DNA of 64,000 nt from Candidatus Nanosyncoccus sp. (GTDB lineage Bacteria; Patescibacteriota; Saccharimonadia; Saccharimonadales; Saccharimonadaceae). Positions 34,117-43,992 of this stretch are shown one piece after another; the stretch's first letter is position 1; the number at the start of each line of letters is the position of its first letter. The stretch is from contig JAZNJY010000004.1 of NCBI GenBank assembly GCA_045578285.1, positions 9,500-73,499 on the forward strand, given 5' to 3'. Position numbers and translations under genes: made by a program. The notes beneath the pieces are model-generated. The model made no database searches and was not told the origin of the DNA. It saw only the letters and a list, made by a program, of their open reading frames with translations.

Positions 34117-34667
34117 TGAAAGACTACGACGCGATTGCTATAAACAATATCAAATCTGCGCCGCAACCACCGGAGGGGTTTATCCGCCTCTCCGGACCTT
34201 TAGAGCACGATAATATCGTAAATGGTGATGGACTTCGTGCAGTAGTATGGACGCAGGGATGCCCGAACCACTGTAAGGGATGTCAAAATCCGGAAACTTG
34301 GAGCTACGACAATGGCGTACTTATAAAGATTGATGACATTTGCAAAGAACTTGCTAAATTTCCTGGGCAAAACGGACTTACATTTTGCGGTGGTGAACCA
34401 TTTGTGCAGCCAAAAGCTTGCAAGAAGATTGCCGACTATGTCAGAAAAGAGCTTGGTTGGAATGTTTGGAGCTTTTCTGGGTTTAAGTATGAACAAATCG
34501 AAAAAGCTGGCGGGGATGCATGGGAGTTTTTGAAGTCGCTCGATGCTTTGATTGACGGGCCGTTTATATTGTCACAAAAAGACTTAAGCCTCAGATTTCG
34601 TGGTTCAAAAAACCAGCGTCTGCTGCATTTGGAGCAAGGCACTGGAAAAATTTTGAGCGTAGAATAA
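34116..34667 (+). CDS. nrdG: Anaerobic RNR activating protein (radical SAM)
   Basis: NIVNGDGLRAVVWTQGCPNHCKGCQNPETW (CxxxCxxC); TAATG overlap with the nrdD stop. Confidence 0.9.
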   Translation: MKDYDAIAINNIKSAPQPPEGFIRLSGPLEHDNIVNGDGLRAVVWTQGCPNHCKGCQNPETWSYDNGVLIKIDDICKELAKFPGQNGLTFCGGEPFVQPKACKKIADYVRKELGWNVWSFSGFKYEQIEKAGGDAWEFLKSLDALIDGPFILSQKDLSLRFRGSKNQRLLHLEQGTGKILSVE

Positions 34668-35522
34668 TTAAAATATTTTGCGACGAGCGCGGCGAGTTTT
34701 GACCATGCGGATTATTGCAACGATGATGGCGATGATGGTGACTAAGACTAGCGCCATAAACCAAATTGGGCAGGAGACCACGGTCTGAGTAAAGACCGTG
34801 TTTTCTCCGAGGTAATTGATGGTTTCTTTGACGTGGTAGATGCCAACTGGGGAAAGACCGTCGATATTCTTGGTGATGAGACGAGTGGTTTCTGGCATGA
34901 TGACTTCGCTGGCGATACCATCTTCGCTCGCGGTGGAATAAACTGGAGTGGCAGAGAATGGCGTAGTGACATCGATGACGATTCTGGCGATTTCGTGAAC
35001 GTTGCCGTCATTGGTGACGGTGGCAGTGGCGGTGATAGGCATGCCAGTGATGAAGCCTGGAGCGGAGATTTCGGAAACTTTACCGGCGTGCACAGTGTCG
35101 CCGGCGACCTCAGCGTAAATAATGCTGGCCATCTCGAATACGTTATTGATGGCTAAACCGTTGCTAGCAGAGATGCTTTTGTTAGAGCCGACCGTAAGGG
35201 CTGCGTATTGACCACCGGCTGGGGCAGTTTCTGGTACGGTGATGGTGTATTTTACCTCGACGGTCTCGTTTGGTTTTAATACGCCGGTGGGGTTTTCGAT
35301 TTTGATCCAATTGGTGATTTCAGAGCGACCCGAAGTAGATATGAGATTTACGGTGTAGTTTTCGCCAACTACGCTGTATGGTGAAATACTGACTTTGTAG
35401 TGAAAATCTGCTGCCGCGTTAGCTGGGTTTGCGACTATGATTGAGCCGGTATAGGTTTTGCCAGCCTCTAGTTCAAGGTTTTGATTCATCGGTGTGACCG
35501 TAAAAATATTTGTAGTATCCAT
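34668..35522 (-). CDS. Cell-surface beta-sandwich protein with C-terminal TM anchor (DUF916/NEW3-like, tentative)
   Basis: LELEAGKTYTGSIIVAN...TITVPETAPAGGQYAALTV pattern; C-terminal hydrophobic helix + RRARRKIF; own TGaTATAAT and GGAGGAAC RBS. Confidence 0.6.
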   Translation of the reverse strand: MDTTNIFTVTPMNQNLELEAGKTYTGSIIVANPANAAADFHYKVSISPYSVVGENYTVNLISTSGRSEITNWIKIENPTGVLKPNETVEVKYTITVPETAPAGGQYAALTVGSNKSISASNGLAINNVFEMASIIYAEVAGDTVHAGKVSEISAPGFITGMPITATATVTNDGNVHEIARIVIDVTTPFSATPVYSTASEDGIASEVIMPETTRLITKNIDGLSPVGIYHVKETINYLGENTVFTQTVVSCPIWFMALVLVTIIAIIVAIIRMVKTRRARRKIF

Positions 35523-35551
35523 GTTCCTCCAGTTTTCTATATTATATCACA

Positions 35552-38500
35552 TTAATAGCGTGGTGCAATTTCGTGTTGGTAGACAGTTGTGAGCGTTTCA
35601 AAATCTTCGGCATCTGCCATGCCTTTACCCCAGACGAAGGCGGAAGTGTCATAGTTTACGATTTCGGCAGGAACGCTGGAGTTTCTGCCCGTGGCGGCAC
35701 CATATGAGCGGTTTAAGACCATACTATCTGCGATGACCATGCCGTTGATAGTGAGTTGGTTGGAGTTGTTACTGGAGCTGTAGCTGGTGGAATTACAAGT
35801 CGTGACTTTGCCTTTGGCGACGAGGATGGCATCTACTCTAGTGACGGCGCAATTAATCGTGATGTCTTTCTCGCTGTAAATCAGGAGTTTTGGAATGTCT
35901 TTTTGGGTTCTGTAGGTGGTGGATTGGTAGGTGAGGTTGCCGTTGATCATAATGCTACCTGCGGCTCGGATGATGTGGGTGATGCCTTTTGGAATGGTGG
36001 CGCCGGTAATGTTGACCTGCGAGATGGTGGAACTGACCTCGGTGTAGCGGACTGGGTTGCCGTTAATGTCGGTGGTCCCTAGATAATCTACAGTAGGATT
36101 GATGTCAGATTTGTTGCTATACTGAGTGTTTGAGGTGTTCCAGTAGTCGATAATCTTGTCACGGTCGGTGGCGACGTCTTTTACGTTGACTCCGACATTA
36201 CCGGTTTGCTGATATGAAGGGCAGATGGAACCAGAGGCGGTAGATTTTGAATAATTAGCGAAGCTGAGTGGCACGCGGTAAGTACAATAGTTCACGCCGG
36301 TGCCTTCTTTACTGCCGCCATATGGGGCGCTGGAGAGATTGCCGGTGGCGGCGCCGGATGCGATGCCTTTGGCGATGCCGTTTGCAACGATGGATTGTTC
36401 TGCCCAGGAGCCAAAGATGGTGGTGTTGCCTTTGCCGGTGATGGTGTAGCCGTAGATGCTTTTGAGATTGTTTTTCTGAGCGATGGAAGTTTGGATGGAT
36501 TTGTTGGAATAGACGCTGCCGCCCCACACCTGGAAGCTTGGGCGCTTGGCGATGATTTTGCAGCTTGGTGCGGAAACATACCATTTGTCGTTGCCTTTGA
36601 CGCTGAGATTGGTATCGCTACCGCTAGTATGTGGGTAGACCGCCACTACTACACAGTAGTAGTCGCCGGCTTTGGCATCATAGACATTGTAAGATTGGCC
36701 GCTGAATTGGAGTTCGTCGGTGGAGCCTGACATGTTGGCGTCTTCGTTGTAAGTTTCGCCGGTATAACTGTTTAGCTCATGACACAGGCCGTCTTTTACG
36801 CGACCACTAACTGCGCTACAAATGTTAGAACTGCCATGATCTGGAATCTCGCTTCCACCACTGGATGAAGAGAGGTAGCCGATGAGCTTGGATTTGGCGC
36901 TGTCCACTTGGGTGGCATAAGTGCCTTGGGTGGTGTTGTTGTTTTTTTGGTGGACGGTTATATCGGAGCTACGAATGGTGATGGTCTCGCCGGCGTAAGC
37001 GTAGCTGTTTTTGATACTTACGGTGGCGGTGTTGGTGAAGTTGTATGGGACATAGACGTGCGATGTCTCTGTTGTCGGTGTTCCACCGTGATAATTGCTA
37101 TAGAACAGATTATCATGGTAGCAGGTATCTACGTAGCACTCTTCGCAGATGTATGCAGAGCATGACGTACTGCCATCTACAGAAGTTGTCTCAGCTTCGC
37201 ATGATTCACCGCAAATATCACAATTTTCTTCCCAGTGACACGCCCAAGTGTGATTAACTCCGTTGCTTGTACCCGCTGAAGCTGGGCTGTCTGAAGAAAT
37301 TTGTTCATATAGTATTTCTCCGGCTTGACCGAGTTCTATTCTGTCTTTGTTTTGCACTTCTTTTGGGTCAGACATACCAGAACTGAAGCTGGCAGAATAT
37401 GAATAGTATGGATTAACATTGCTTGAGGTAATATCGAATCTATTACGCCAGTCTGAATAGCCAGCAAAAGTATGGTCGTATAGTGTGTTGGAATTGTAGA
37501 CACCTTCGTCTGGTTCAGGATCGTCGTTGTTGTGTGTAACGTTGGAGTTTGCGGCTTTTTGTACGCCCGGATAATAGGCATGACACCAATTTACGGTATC
37601 TGTTGGTTTTGCATAAACTCTTTTTTGAAGGGTACTGTAACTATTGGTGAGGCTCATGTTTCTTACCCAGGAACCTAGGGTTGTAGTTCCACGCATAGAG
37701 TTGGAACTTTGGTAGCTGTTGTATATACGTGTAGCATCCGAGCCAGCTTGTGCACATAGAATGCGTTGTCCTGAACAATTGGTGCCATAGCATTCGCACT
37801 CTGTTCCTGTGCAATTACCTTCGCCGACCTGTATCGATACGCAGGCCTGCGTAGTAAGTAAGTCTGCGGTAATAGATTCACAGAATTTGTAAAATCCAGT
37901 TTGAGAAAAAGTAACATTATATGAGCCACCAGAGACATAGCTTGTACCATTAAGATTGAACGTTCTAGTGTCGGCGATATATTTACCATCACTTAGTCCG
38001 ATGAACGCTGTTTTTCCGCTGGTGGGACCGCTATTGCCGTCTAAACCCATGTAAAAATCTCGGTGTACCTCCCAGGATGTCTGCTCTGTTTTTTTGCTGC
38101 TAGAGTAAAGATTATGCGAAAATGTAATGTTTACACTAGCCCCACTATTCACTTTTAGAACACTAGCATTTACCTGCGCACTAGAATTTACTATGCCGGT
38201 GGTAACGCTATTGTTATTGGCTGAAGCACTAGAAATAGCGGAGAGGCTGCCGGCTGGATATGTGACATAAATGAGTTGTGGTTGTGTCCCGCAAGAACCA
38301 TTGCTTGTACCATTGCTATTAGTGTGACATCTGTGTAGAATTACCTCGAGTTCCCAGACCTCTCTTCCGTACTCGTCAAGTCTAATCATTTGCGCACCAT
38401 ACTCTTTGAATTTTTCAAGATTAATATATGCACCGTTTGTTGGGCACTCTTTTTGTTTACCCCATTCGCAGCGAGCGACATTTGCCGACCAATCTCTACC

Positions 38501-38926
38501 GCTAGAATTTATGAGTAATCCTGGCATCCGATTGCCACTAGTGTCAGTTATGTGAACATTTGTGGCGTAGTTTGGGGATTTTGTGCACATCCCATAAAAA
38601 GTAGCTGGTATTCTATGCATCGTGCTTACTTGAAAATTATACCATGCCTCATCACTGTTATTGGAACCTAGCCATAGAACGCACCAGTTTGTTTTAGGTT
38701 GAGATTCCCTCGTTCCGCATACGTTCCAAATTGTGCGAATTGCGTTATCTCCACCGCCATCTATATAAGGACTACCAGCCAACCCACCACTTTCACGATT
38801 GCAGTAATCATATGATGGGTCATCATCTGAAAGATACCCAGCGTACGTGTTTGGTGAGAGAATAAGAAAATTAATGCCAGAGAATAGGAATATTAAATAG
38901 ATTAGTTTAGACAAATATTTTTTCAT
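35552..38926 (-). CDS. Very large secreted Cys/Asn/Ser/Thr-rich protein (1124 aa), unknown family
   Basis: Signal peptide MKKYLSKLIYLIFLFSGINFLILSPNTYA; cysteine clusters such as CTGTECECYGTNCSGQRILC and CHWEENCDICGESCEAE...CSAYICEECYVDTCYH. Confidence 0.75.
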   Translation of the reverse strand: MKKYLSKLIYLIFLFSGINFLILSPNTYAGYLSDDDPSYDYCNRESGGLAGSPYIDGGGDNAIRTIWNVCGTRESQPKTNWCVLWLGSNNSDEAWYNFQVSTMHRIPATFYGMCTKSPNYATNVHITDTSGNRMPGLLINSSGRDWSANVARCEWGKQKECPTNGAYINLEKFKEYGAQMIRLDEYGREVWELEVILHRCHTNSNGTSNGSCGTQPQLIYVTYPAGSLSAISSASANNNSVTTGIVNSSAQVNASVLKVNSGASVNITFSHNLYSSSKKTEQTSWEVHRDFYMGLDGNSGPTSGKTAFIGLSDGKYIADTRTFNLNGTSYVSGGSYNVTFSQTGFYKFCESITADLLTTQACVSIQVGEGNCTGTECECYGTNCSGQRILCAQAGSDATRIYNSYQSSNSMRGTTTLGSWVRNMSLTNSYSTLQKRVYAKPTDTVNWCHAYYPGVQKAANSNVTHNNDDPEPDEGVYNSNTLYDHTFAGYSDWRNRFDITSSNVNPYYSYSASFSSGMSDPKEVQNKDRIELGQAGEILYEQISSDSPASAGTSNGVNHTWACHWEENCDICGESCEAETTSVDGSTSCSAYICEECYVDTCYHDNLFYSNYHGGTPTTETSHVYVPYNFTNTATVSIKNSYAYAGETITIRSSDITVHQKNNNTTQGTYATQVDSAKSKLIGYLSSSSGGSEIPDHGSSNICSAVSGRVKDGLCHELNSYTGETYNEDANMSGSTDELQFSGQSYNVYDAKAGDYYCVVVAVYPHTSGSDTNLSVKGNDKWYVSAPSCKIIAKRPSFQVWGGSVYSNKSIQTSIAQKNNLKSIYGYTITGKGNTTIFGSWAEQSIVANGIAKGIASGAATGNLSSAPYGGSKEGTGVNYCTYRVPLSFANYSKSTASGSICPSYQQTGNVGVNVKDVATDRDKIIDYWNTSNTQYSNKSDINPTVDYLGTTDINGNPVRYTEVSSTISQVNITGATIPKGITHIIRAAGSIMINGNLTYQSTTYRTQKDIPKLLIYSEKDITINCAVTRVDAILVAKGKVTTCNSTSYSSSNNSNQLTINGMVIADSMVLNRSYGAATGRNSSVPAEIVNYDTSAFVWGKGMADAEDFETLTTVYQHEIAPRY

Positions 38927-39423
38927 CCAGCTACCTCCGCATCTATGTCGAGACCGGCATCAACTTCACGCTGTCTTAAAATATAGTTATATTTTTCAAA
39001 TATTTCACCGTAGTTATTTTGATAGAAATATATAACGTTTAATACTTCTAATGCGGAATTTATACTCTGCAATATGTCGTCGATGGCGACTCGATCATTT
39101 AATGCTTGGTCAAAATATGTAAATTCAGAATCATTATAAATAATATAGTTACTTCGGGCACTCCAGAGTTCGATTTTTTCGTCATTGTTGGTGGCGAGGT
39201 CGAGGTATTTTTGGTAGATTTCGATAGCCAGCGGGATGTCGGGAGTATCCATTGCGTCGACTTCGGCTTGGGCTTGTTCGGCTAAAGATAGAGTGTTGAC
39301 GACCTCATCGGGTTTTTGATTGAGATTTTTTACGACGAAAATACTAACTATAAGTGCTATAATGATGCAAATCATGCAACCAAGCACTATCCACCAGGTT
39401 TTTTTCGTATTACGCTCCGTCAT
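38923..39423 (-). CDS. Small N-terminally anchored helical protein, translationally coupled to the 1124-aa gene
   Basis: TM helix WWIVLGCMICIIIALIVSIFVV; ATGA overlap with downstream gene. Confidence 0.6.
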   Translation of the reverse strand: MTERNTKKTWWIVLGCMICIIIALIVSIFVVKNLNQKPDEVVNTLSLAEQAQAEVDAMDTPDIPLAIEIYQKYLDLATNNDEKIELWSARSNYIIYNDSEFTYFDQALNDRVAIDDILQSINSALEVLNVIYFYQNNYGEIFEKYNYILRQREVDAGLDIDAEVAG

Positions 39424-39482
39424 TTATATATAAAATAGCACAACCAAAATAAAAATTCAAGTATGTGTGGTATAATTTAAGA

Positions 39483-40262
39483 ATGAAAATTGCAATTATG
39501 GGAGCTGGCGCTTACGGTACTGCGCTTGGCGGAATATTGGCCGAAAAAGGCTACGACATTGACTATTATGATCCAAAAGTATATAAAGAACCGCTTGCCG
39601 ATGTAGTGAAAGGGGCATCATTTGTGGTTTTGGCAGCCCCTTCATTTGCGGTTCCGTACCTTTTGCCACACTTACCAAAGAAAACTCCCCTAATCGTGGC
39701 GACAAAAGGTATTTTGGACATAAGCGCATTTGATAATTTTGCTGATGTAATGGCGGTGTCCGGGCCTGGTTTCGCGGATGATATTAAGGCACACAAAAAA
39801 ACTGTGCTTACGGCTACGGATCCACGGATAATTGAAATGTTTTCGACCGACTACCTATCGTTTGATTTTACAGATGATTTTAAGGGTGTGCTATTTTGCG
39901 GGGCGCTTAAGAATGTTTATGCAATTCTTGCTGGCCTTTCTGATTTTGAGGCCAATGGCGAAGAATGGGAACGGTTTATTGATGAGACTTGTGCCGAGAT
40001 GAAAACAATTTTTGTTGCAAACGAAGTAAATCCAGCTACAGTGAATTTGTCTTGTGGTGTTGGAGATTTACGTTTGACTTGCAATTTTCCTTCACGTAAT
40101 TATGAATTTGGTAGAATTTTGCGCTCCAATAAAGCGGCGCAGCCGGAAAAAACCGTAGAAGGCTTAACTGCGCTTAACAAAATCAAACGTGGCGAGATTA
40201 TTGTACCAGAGTCGGCAGTGAAACTAAAAAACTTAATTACGATGTCCGAAACATGGAATTAA
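39483..40262 (+). CDS. NAD(P)-dependent glycerol-3-phosphate dehydrogenase-like protein (short)
   Basis: MKIAIMGAGAYGTALG Rossmann motif, ...CGALKNVYAI... typical of GpsA; 259 aa. Confidence 0.65.
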   Translation: MKIAIMGAGAYGTALGGILAEKGYDIDYYDPKVYKEPLADVVKGASFVVLAAPSFAVPYLLPHLPKKTPLIVATKGILDISAFDNFADVMAVSGPGFADDIKAHKKTVLTATDPRIIEMFSTDYLSFDFTDDFKGVLFCGALKNVYAILAGLSDFEANGEEWERFIDETCAEMKTIFVANEVNPATVNLSCGVGDLRLTCNFPSRNYEFGRILRSNKAAQPEKTVEGLTALNKIKRGEIIVPESAVKLKNLITMSETWN

Positions 40263-43200
40263 ATGCAGAACAAAAAGCAGCGGTAGAATATCTTTCCGGG
40301 CCGCTCTTGGTTCTTGCAGGGCCTGGGACTGGCAAGACTCAACTTTTATCAGAAAAGGTTGCTTATATTTTGAAAAATACGGACACTAATCCGGAAAACA
40401 TCTTGTGTCTTACCTTTACAGAGACTGGTGCGGCTAATATGCGCGAACGACTTAAGCGCGTGATCGGCATGGATGCTCTCAAAGTAACTATTGGGACTTA
40501 TCATTCCTTTGGGATGGAAATTTTGGCGCTATACAAAAACTATACGCCAGATTATAATCGACGGCTGGACTCTCCCATTGATGAGGTGGCGCAATATAAG
40601 ATTGTGAAGATGCTTCAAGATTCGCTGGATGGTAACGACATTCTACGCGGAGACAATGTACGCGACATTATTAGTGTGATTTCTGAAGCGAAGTCGGCGC
40701 GACTTTCGGCAAGTGATCTTTTTGAAATTGCCAAGGTCAACATAGAAGATTCCAATGTTTTGTCTTCTGCTATTTCGCCGCTACTACTCAATGTAGTGCC
40801 GCGAGCTTATGACGCATCTTTAAATAATGCCTATTTGCCTATATATAATATATTGTCGCAGTATAAGGATTCTAAGCCAATTATCAATAATATATATAGG
40901 ACTATTGTAATTTTGGCGCACGAACTGGAAAAGGCTTTAAATGAAGCAGAGGAAAGCAAAAAGATTACACCGCTCTCGAAATGGCGTGATTCATATTTTG
41001 AAAAAGACGAAAAGGGTGAATATCGCCTGAAAGACCGGGTGGCAAATTTGAAGCTAAAGTCTATCGCTGAGATTATGCAAAAATACGATGACTATTTACT
41101 TAGTAATGGTCTATTTGATTTCGACGACATGATCGAAGAAGCAAGAAATGCACTAGCTTCGGATGATGGTTTTAGAATGAGTTTGCAGGAAAAATATCAG
41201 TTCATCATGTTAGACGAATTTCAGGATACTAATCCATCGCAATTTGCCATCGTAAAAGAACTCACAGATTATGAAAAACCAATGATTATGGCGGTGGGCG
41301 ACGATGATCAGGCGATTTATGAATTTCAGGGGGCGCTTGCAACAAATTTGACTGATTTTCGTGATTATTACAATGCGCGTGTAATTACTTTGGTTGATAA
41401 TTATCGTAGTACCGGCGAGATTTTGGATTTTTCACGTAAGATTATAAATCAGGCGCCGGACAGATTTATGGACAAAGAATTACGTTCACATAAAGAGGCT
41501 CCGAAAAAGTCTGAAATTTATCGTATGGAATTTTTATCCTCCGATGCAGAATATGGTTTCGTGGCCGAAAAAATTTCAGAACTAATTCGAGCGGGTGTGC
41601 CACAAAAAGAAATTGCTGTGATTTCTTATAAGTTGAAATATTTTGAACCATTTTTGAACTTTCTTAAAGCTTATCCGGAAATTAAAATTGCCTACGACAA
41701 GCGCGACAACTTGTTTGATGATGAAAAAATGCAACTTATTTTCAACTTGTCGCGACTTGCGTACGACATTGGTGAGGGGAAGCGGTCGTCGGTCTCTATG
41801 CTTGAAATTTTGTCTCACCCATGCTTCAAAATTCCGAAGCTCGAGATTTTAAAATTGACCATGCGCGCAAAGGATGAACGCAGAATGATTTTAGATCTCG
41901 TGACTTCGTCTGAAGTCACCGAAATTAAGGCGGTGGCGGAGTTAATTTCTGAACTTGTGGCGCGTCGAGCTAGCGAGCCTCTTGCAGGATTTCTAGATTT
42001 TCTAATAAGTAAGACCGTGCTTCCTGAAAAACTGGACGAGTATGAGGCCTTTACGTTTTATGAAAATTACGCCGCTTTGCTCGGACGACTTAAAAAACAT
42101 TATGGCGACAAGAATTTAAGGCTCGTCGATTTGATTTCGTTGATTTCTGATTACGAAGAATCCGGAATGCCACTCAATATCACTAGTCCGTATCGTGATG
42201 CATTGGATGCGGTGCAGGTGATGTCGGCACATAAAGCAAAGGGACTCGAGTTTGAATACGTTTTTATAATTTCGGCAGATCATACCGCATGGGGTAAAGG
42301 CAAGGGAAATAACAACCTTCTTGCTTTGCCAAAGAATTTAGTGCAGATTCGTCACACTGGTATGACTGACAGCGAAAAATTGCGCGTTTTATATGTGGCG
42401 CTAACTAGAGCGAAGAGACACCTGTACATCACGAACTCATTGACGGATTTTAATGGCAAATCGCCTGAACGTCTGGAATATTTGGAAGAATATATTAATG
42501 ATAAGAAAGAATTAATCTCGCCACTTTTACCTTCTGGCGTGGTTTCGTGTGAATACGGACCGGCGCCGATTCAAAAAATGACAAAAAATCTTAAGAATTG
42601 GCTATTACCATACTTAGAATTAGCGCCGGACATGCGGGAGTTCTATCGTGAGAGAGCAATGAAGCTTAGAATGTCGGCTTCGGCTCTTACTTCTTTTATT
42701 GAGATTCGCTATGATGGCCCGCAGAACTTCTTTAAAAATTATATTTTAGCGGCACCGATGGGTCCGGAAACCGAGCAGATGGTGTTTGGAAATCTGATGC
42801 ACCTGGTGTTCCAGAAGGCTACAGACGATGGGCTAGATTTAGACGCTGCAATAGGATTATATCTGACTGAACTAGAAAAATCCGATTTATCTCCAGAAGC
42901 AAAGAAAAAATTACGCGAGCGTGGTCCGCTATGTATCGAGAAGACCTTAGATAGATTCGGCGAGATCATTAAATCTGGTAAGGCTGAAGTAAACTTTGCA
43001 CCGGAAAAAATTGTAATTAATGGCGTCCCAGTGACTGGCAAAATTGACCATATCGCAGTCGATCATGCAGCTAAGACGATAGAAGTCTACGATTTTAAAA
43101 CTGGCGGATATCATAAGGAGAAATGGAAATCTCATGCTAGCTTACTTCAATATATGCTTCAGCTTTTATTCTATAAAATGTTGCTGAATAATTCGCGCGA

Positions 43201-43462
43201 GTATCGCGAATACAAAGTGACGCGCGGGCATATTCTGTTTGTGACGCCCGATAAAGATGGGGAAGTACACGACAAGGTGTACGATTACGATGCTGCGGAC
43301 GAAGCGGAGTTTTTGCAACTGCTCGAGGCGGTTTATGAGTCCGTGACGTCGCTAAAATTCATGGAAGACCCGGAAATCTTTATTGCCGCAGATGAGAGGT
43401 ATACACTAGCCGATATTAAGAAGTTTATTGAGCTTTTGCTTGCGAAAAACGACCATATATAA
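40253..43462 (+). CDS. UvrD/PcrA/AddA-like superfamily-1 helicase fused to a C-terminal PD-(D/E)xK nuclease
   Basis: AGPGTGKT (Walker A), MLDEFQDTN, VDNYRS, VMSAHKAKGLEF, YVALTRAK; C-terminal GKIDHIAV...IEVYDFKTG nuclease motif. Confidence 0.85.
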   Translation: MELNAEQKAAVEYLSGPLLVLAGPGTGKTQLLSEKVAYILKNTDTNPENILCLTFTETGAANMRERLKRVIGMDALKVTIGTYHSFGMEILALYKNYTPDYNRRLDSPIDEVAQYKIVKMLQDSLDGNDILRGDNVRDIISVISEAKSARLSASDLFEIAKVNIEDSNVLSSAISPLLLNVVPRAYDASLNNAYLPIYNILSQYKDSKPIINNIYRTIVILAHELEKALNEAEESKKITPLSKWRDSYFEKDEKGEYRLKDRVANLKLKSIAEIMQKYDDYLLSNGLFDFDDMIEEARNALASDDGFRMSLQEKYQFIMLDEFQDTNPSQFAIVKELTDYEKPMIMAVGDDDQAIYEFQGALATNLTDFRDYYNARVITLVDNYRSTGEILDFSRKIINQAPDRFMDKELRSHKEAPKKSEIYRMEFLSSDAEYGFVAEKISELIRAGVPQKEIAVISYKLKYFEPFLNFLKAYPEIKIAYDKRDNLFDDEKMQLIFNLSRLAYDIGEGKRSSVSMLEILSHPCFKIPKLEILKLTMRAKDERRMILDLVTSSEVTEIKAVAELISELVARRASEPLAGFLDFLISKTVLPEKLDEYEAFTFYENYAALLGRLKKHYGDKNLRLVDLISLISDYEESGMPLNITSPYRDALDAVQVMSAHKAKGLEFEYVFIISADHTAWGKGKGNNNLLALPKNLVQIRHTGMTDSEKLRVLYVALTRAKRHLYITNSLTDFNGKSPERLEYLEEYINDKKELISPLLPSGVVSCEYGPAPIQKMTKNLKNWLLPYLELAPDMREFYRERAMKLRMSASALTSFIEIRYDGPQNFFKNYILAAPMGPETEQMVFGNLMHLVFQKATDDGLDLDAAIGLYLTELEKSDLSPEAKKKLRERGPLCIEKTLDRFGEIIKSGKAEVNFAPEKIVINGVPVTGKIDHIAVDHAAKTIEVYDFKTGGYHKEKWKSHASLLQYMLQLLFYKMLLNNSREYREYKVTRGHILFVTPDKDGEVHDKVYDYDAADEAEFLQLLEAVYESVTSLKFMEDPEIFIAADERYTLADIKKFIELLLAKNDHI

Positions 43463-43510
43463 TATAATGATGTAGTTCTTGTACATTTTAGAAGAAAGGG
43501 GGTGAATTAT

Positions 43511-43672
43511 GTGGGAGATATTATCATTAAAGATTTAACCATGGGTGAATCCTATAGCTTTTCTCCTACCAGAGAAGGATATTTCCAGGCTCGGGCCAAG
43601 ATCGATGAGATTCTTCAGAAAGGACACCGCGTTGGCGGCGACGTCGGTCGCGTTACGAGTTATACTGGTTAA
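43511..43672 (+). CDS. Candidate small protein (53 aa, GTG start)
   Basis: RBS AAAGGGGGTG 6 nt upstream; strong terminator follows; below the ORF-track size cut-off. Confidence 0.4.
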   Translation: MGDIIIKDLTMGESYSFSPTREGYFQARAKIDEILQKGHRVGGDVGRVTSYTG

Positions 43673-43687
43673 TTTCTTTTTCCACCC

Positions 43688-43715
43688 GGCAAGACAAACG
43701 TCTTGCCATTTTTTT
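43688..43715 (+). terminator. Rho-independent terminator
   Basis: GGCAAGAC-aaac-GTCTTGCC followed by ATTTTTTT. Confidence 0.85.
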
Positions 43716-43742
43716 ACATCTGTGATATAATGAGAAGTAATT

Positions 43743-43952
43743 ATGGCAAAGAAGAATAATACTAAACGCAAACTAGTTGGTCTCGTATCTGAGGAATCTG
43801 GCGTTCGTGCTTACTACACCAAGAAAAACACGATGAACACCCCAGATAAGTTAAGCCTTAAGAAATACGATCCGGTGCTTCGCAAGCACGTCTTGTTCGT
43901 TGAAACGAAGAAAAATCTTGGCCGAAACGAAGTTAAAGAAAAGAAGCGCTAA
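43743..43952 (+). CDS. rpmG: 50S ribosomal protein L33 (Cys-less form with C-terminal extension)
   Basis: MAKK...KL.L.S......Y.T.KN......KL.LKKYDP..RKHV.F.E.K pattern of L33. Confidence 0.8.
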   Translation: MAKKNNTKRKLVGLVSEESGVRAYYTKKNTMNTPDKLSLKKYDPVLRKHVLFVETKKNLGRNEVKEKKR

Positions 43953-43961
43953 CTCAGTTTT

Positions 43962-43992
43962 AAAATAACCCTCGCTACGGGGGTTATTTTTT
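43962..43992. terminator. Bidirectional terminator between rpmG and the GH57 gene
   Basis: TAACCCTCG-cta-CGGGGGTTA flanked by A-run and T-run. Confidence 0.7.

Noticed and set aside
34060-34200. Idea that nrdD continues by frameshift at GAAAAAG (34073-34079) into the nrdG frame, with FIRLSGPL serving as the glycyl-radical motif
   Set aside because: - RLSGPL fails the consensus (Pro instead of Tyr/Phe) and lies ~49 residues after CPHCG.
- It sits only 4-5 residues before the NIVNGDGLR block, which aligns with the extreme N-terminus of known NrdG proteins.
- An NrdD-NrdG fusion is therefore not supported.
43634-43672. C-terminus GRVTSYTG of the 53-aa ORF resembles the NrdD/PFL glycyl-radical loop (RVTGY / RVSGY), suggesting a GrcA-like spare radical domain for the truncated NrdD
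   Set aside because: The critical glycine position is Ser here. The ORF is 9 kb from nrdDG and too short for a radical domain (about 60 residues or more in GrcA). I treat the resemblance as coincidence unless orthologs show Gly.
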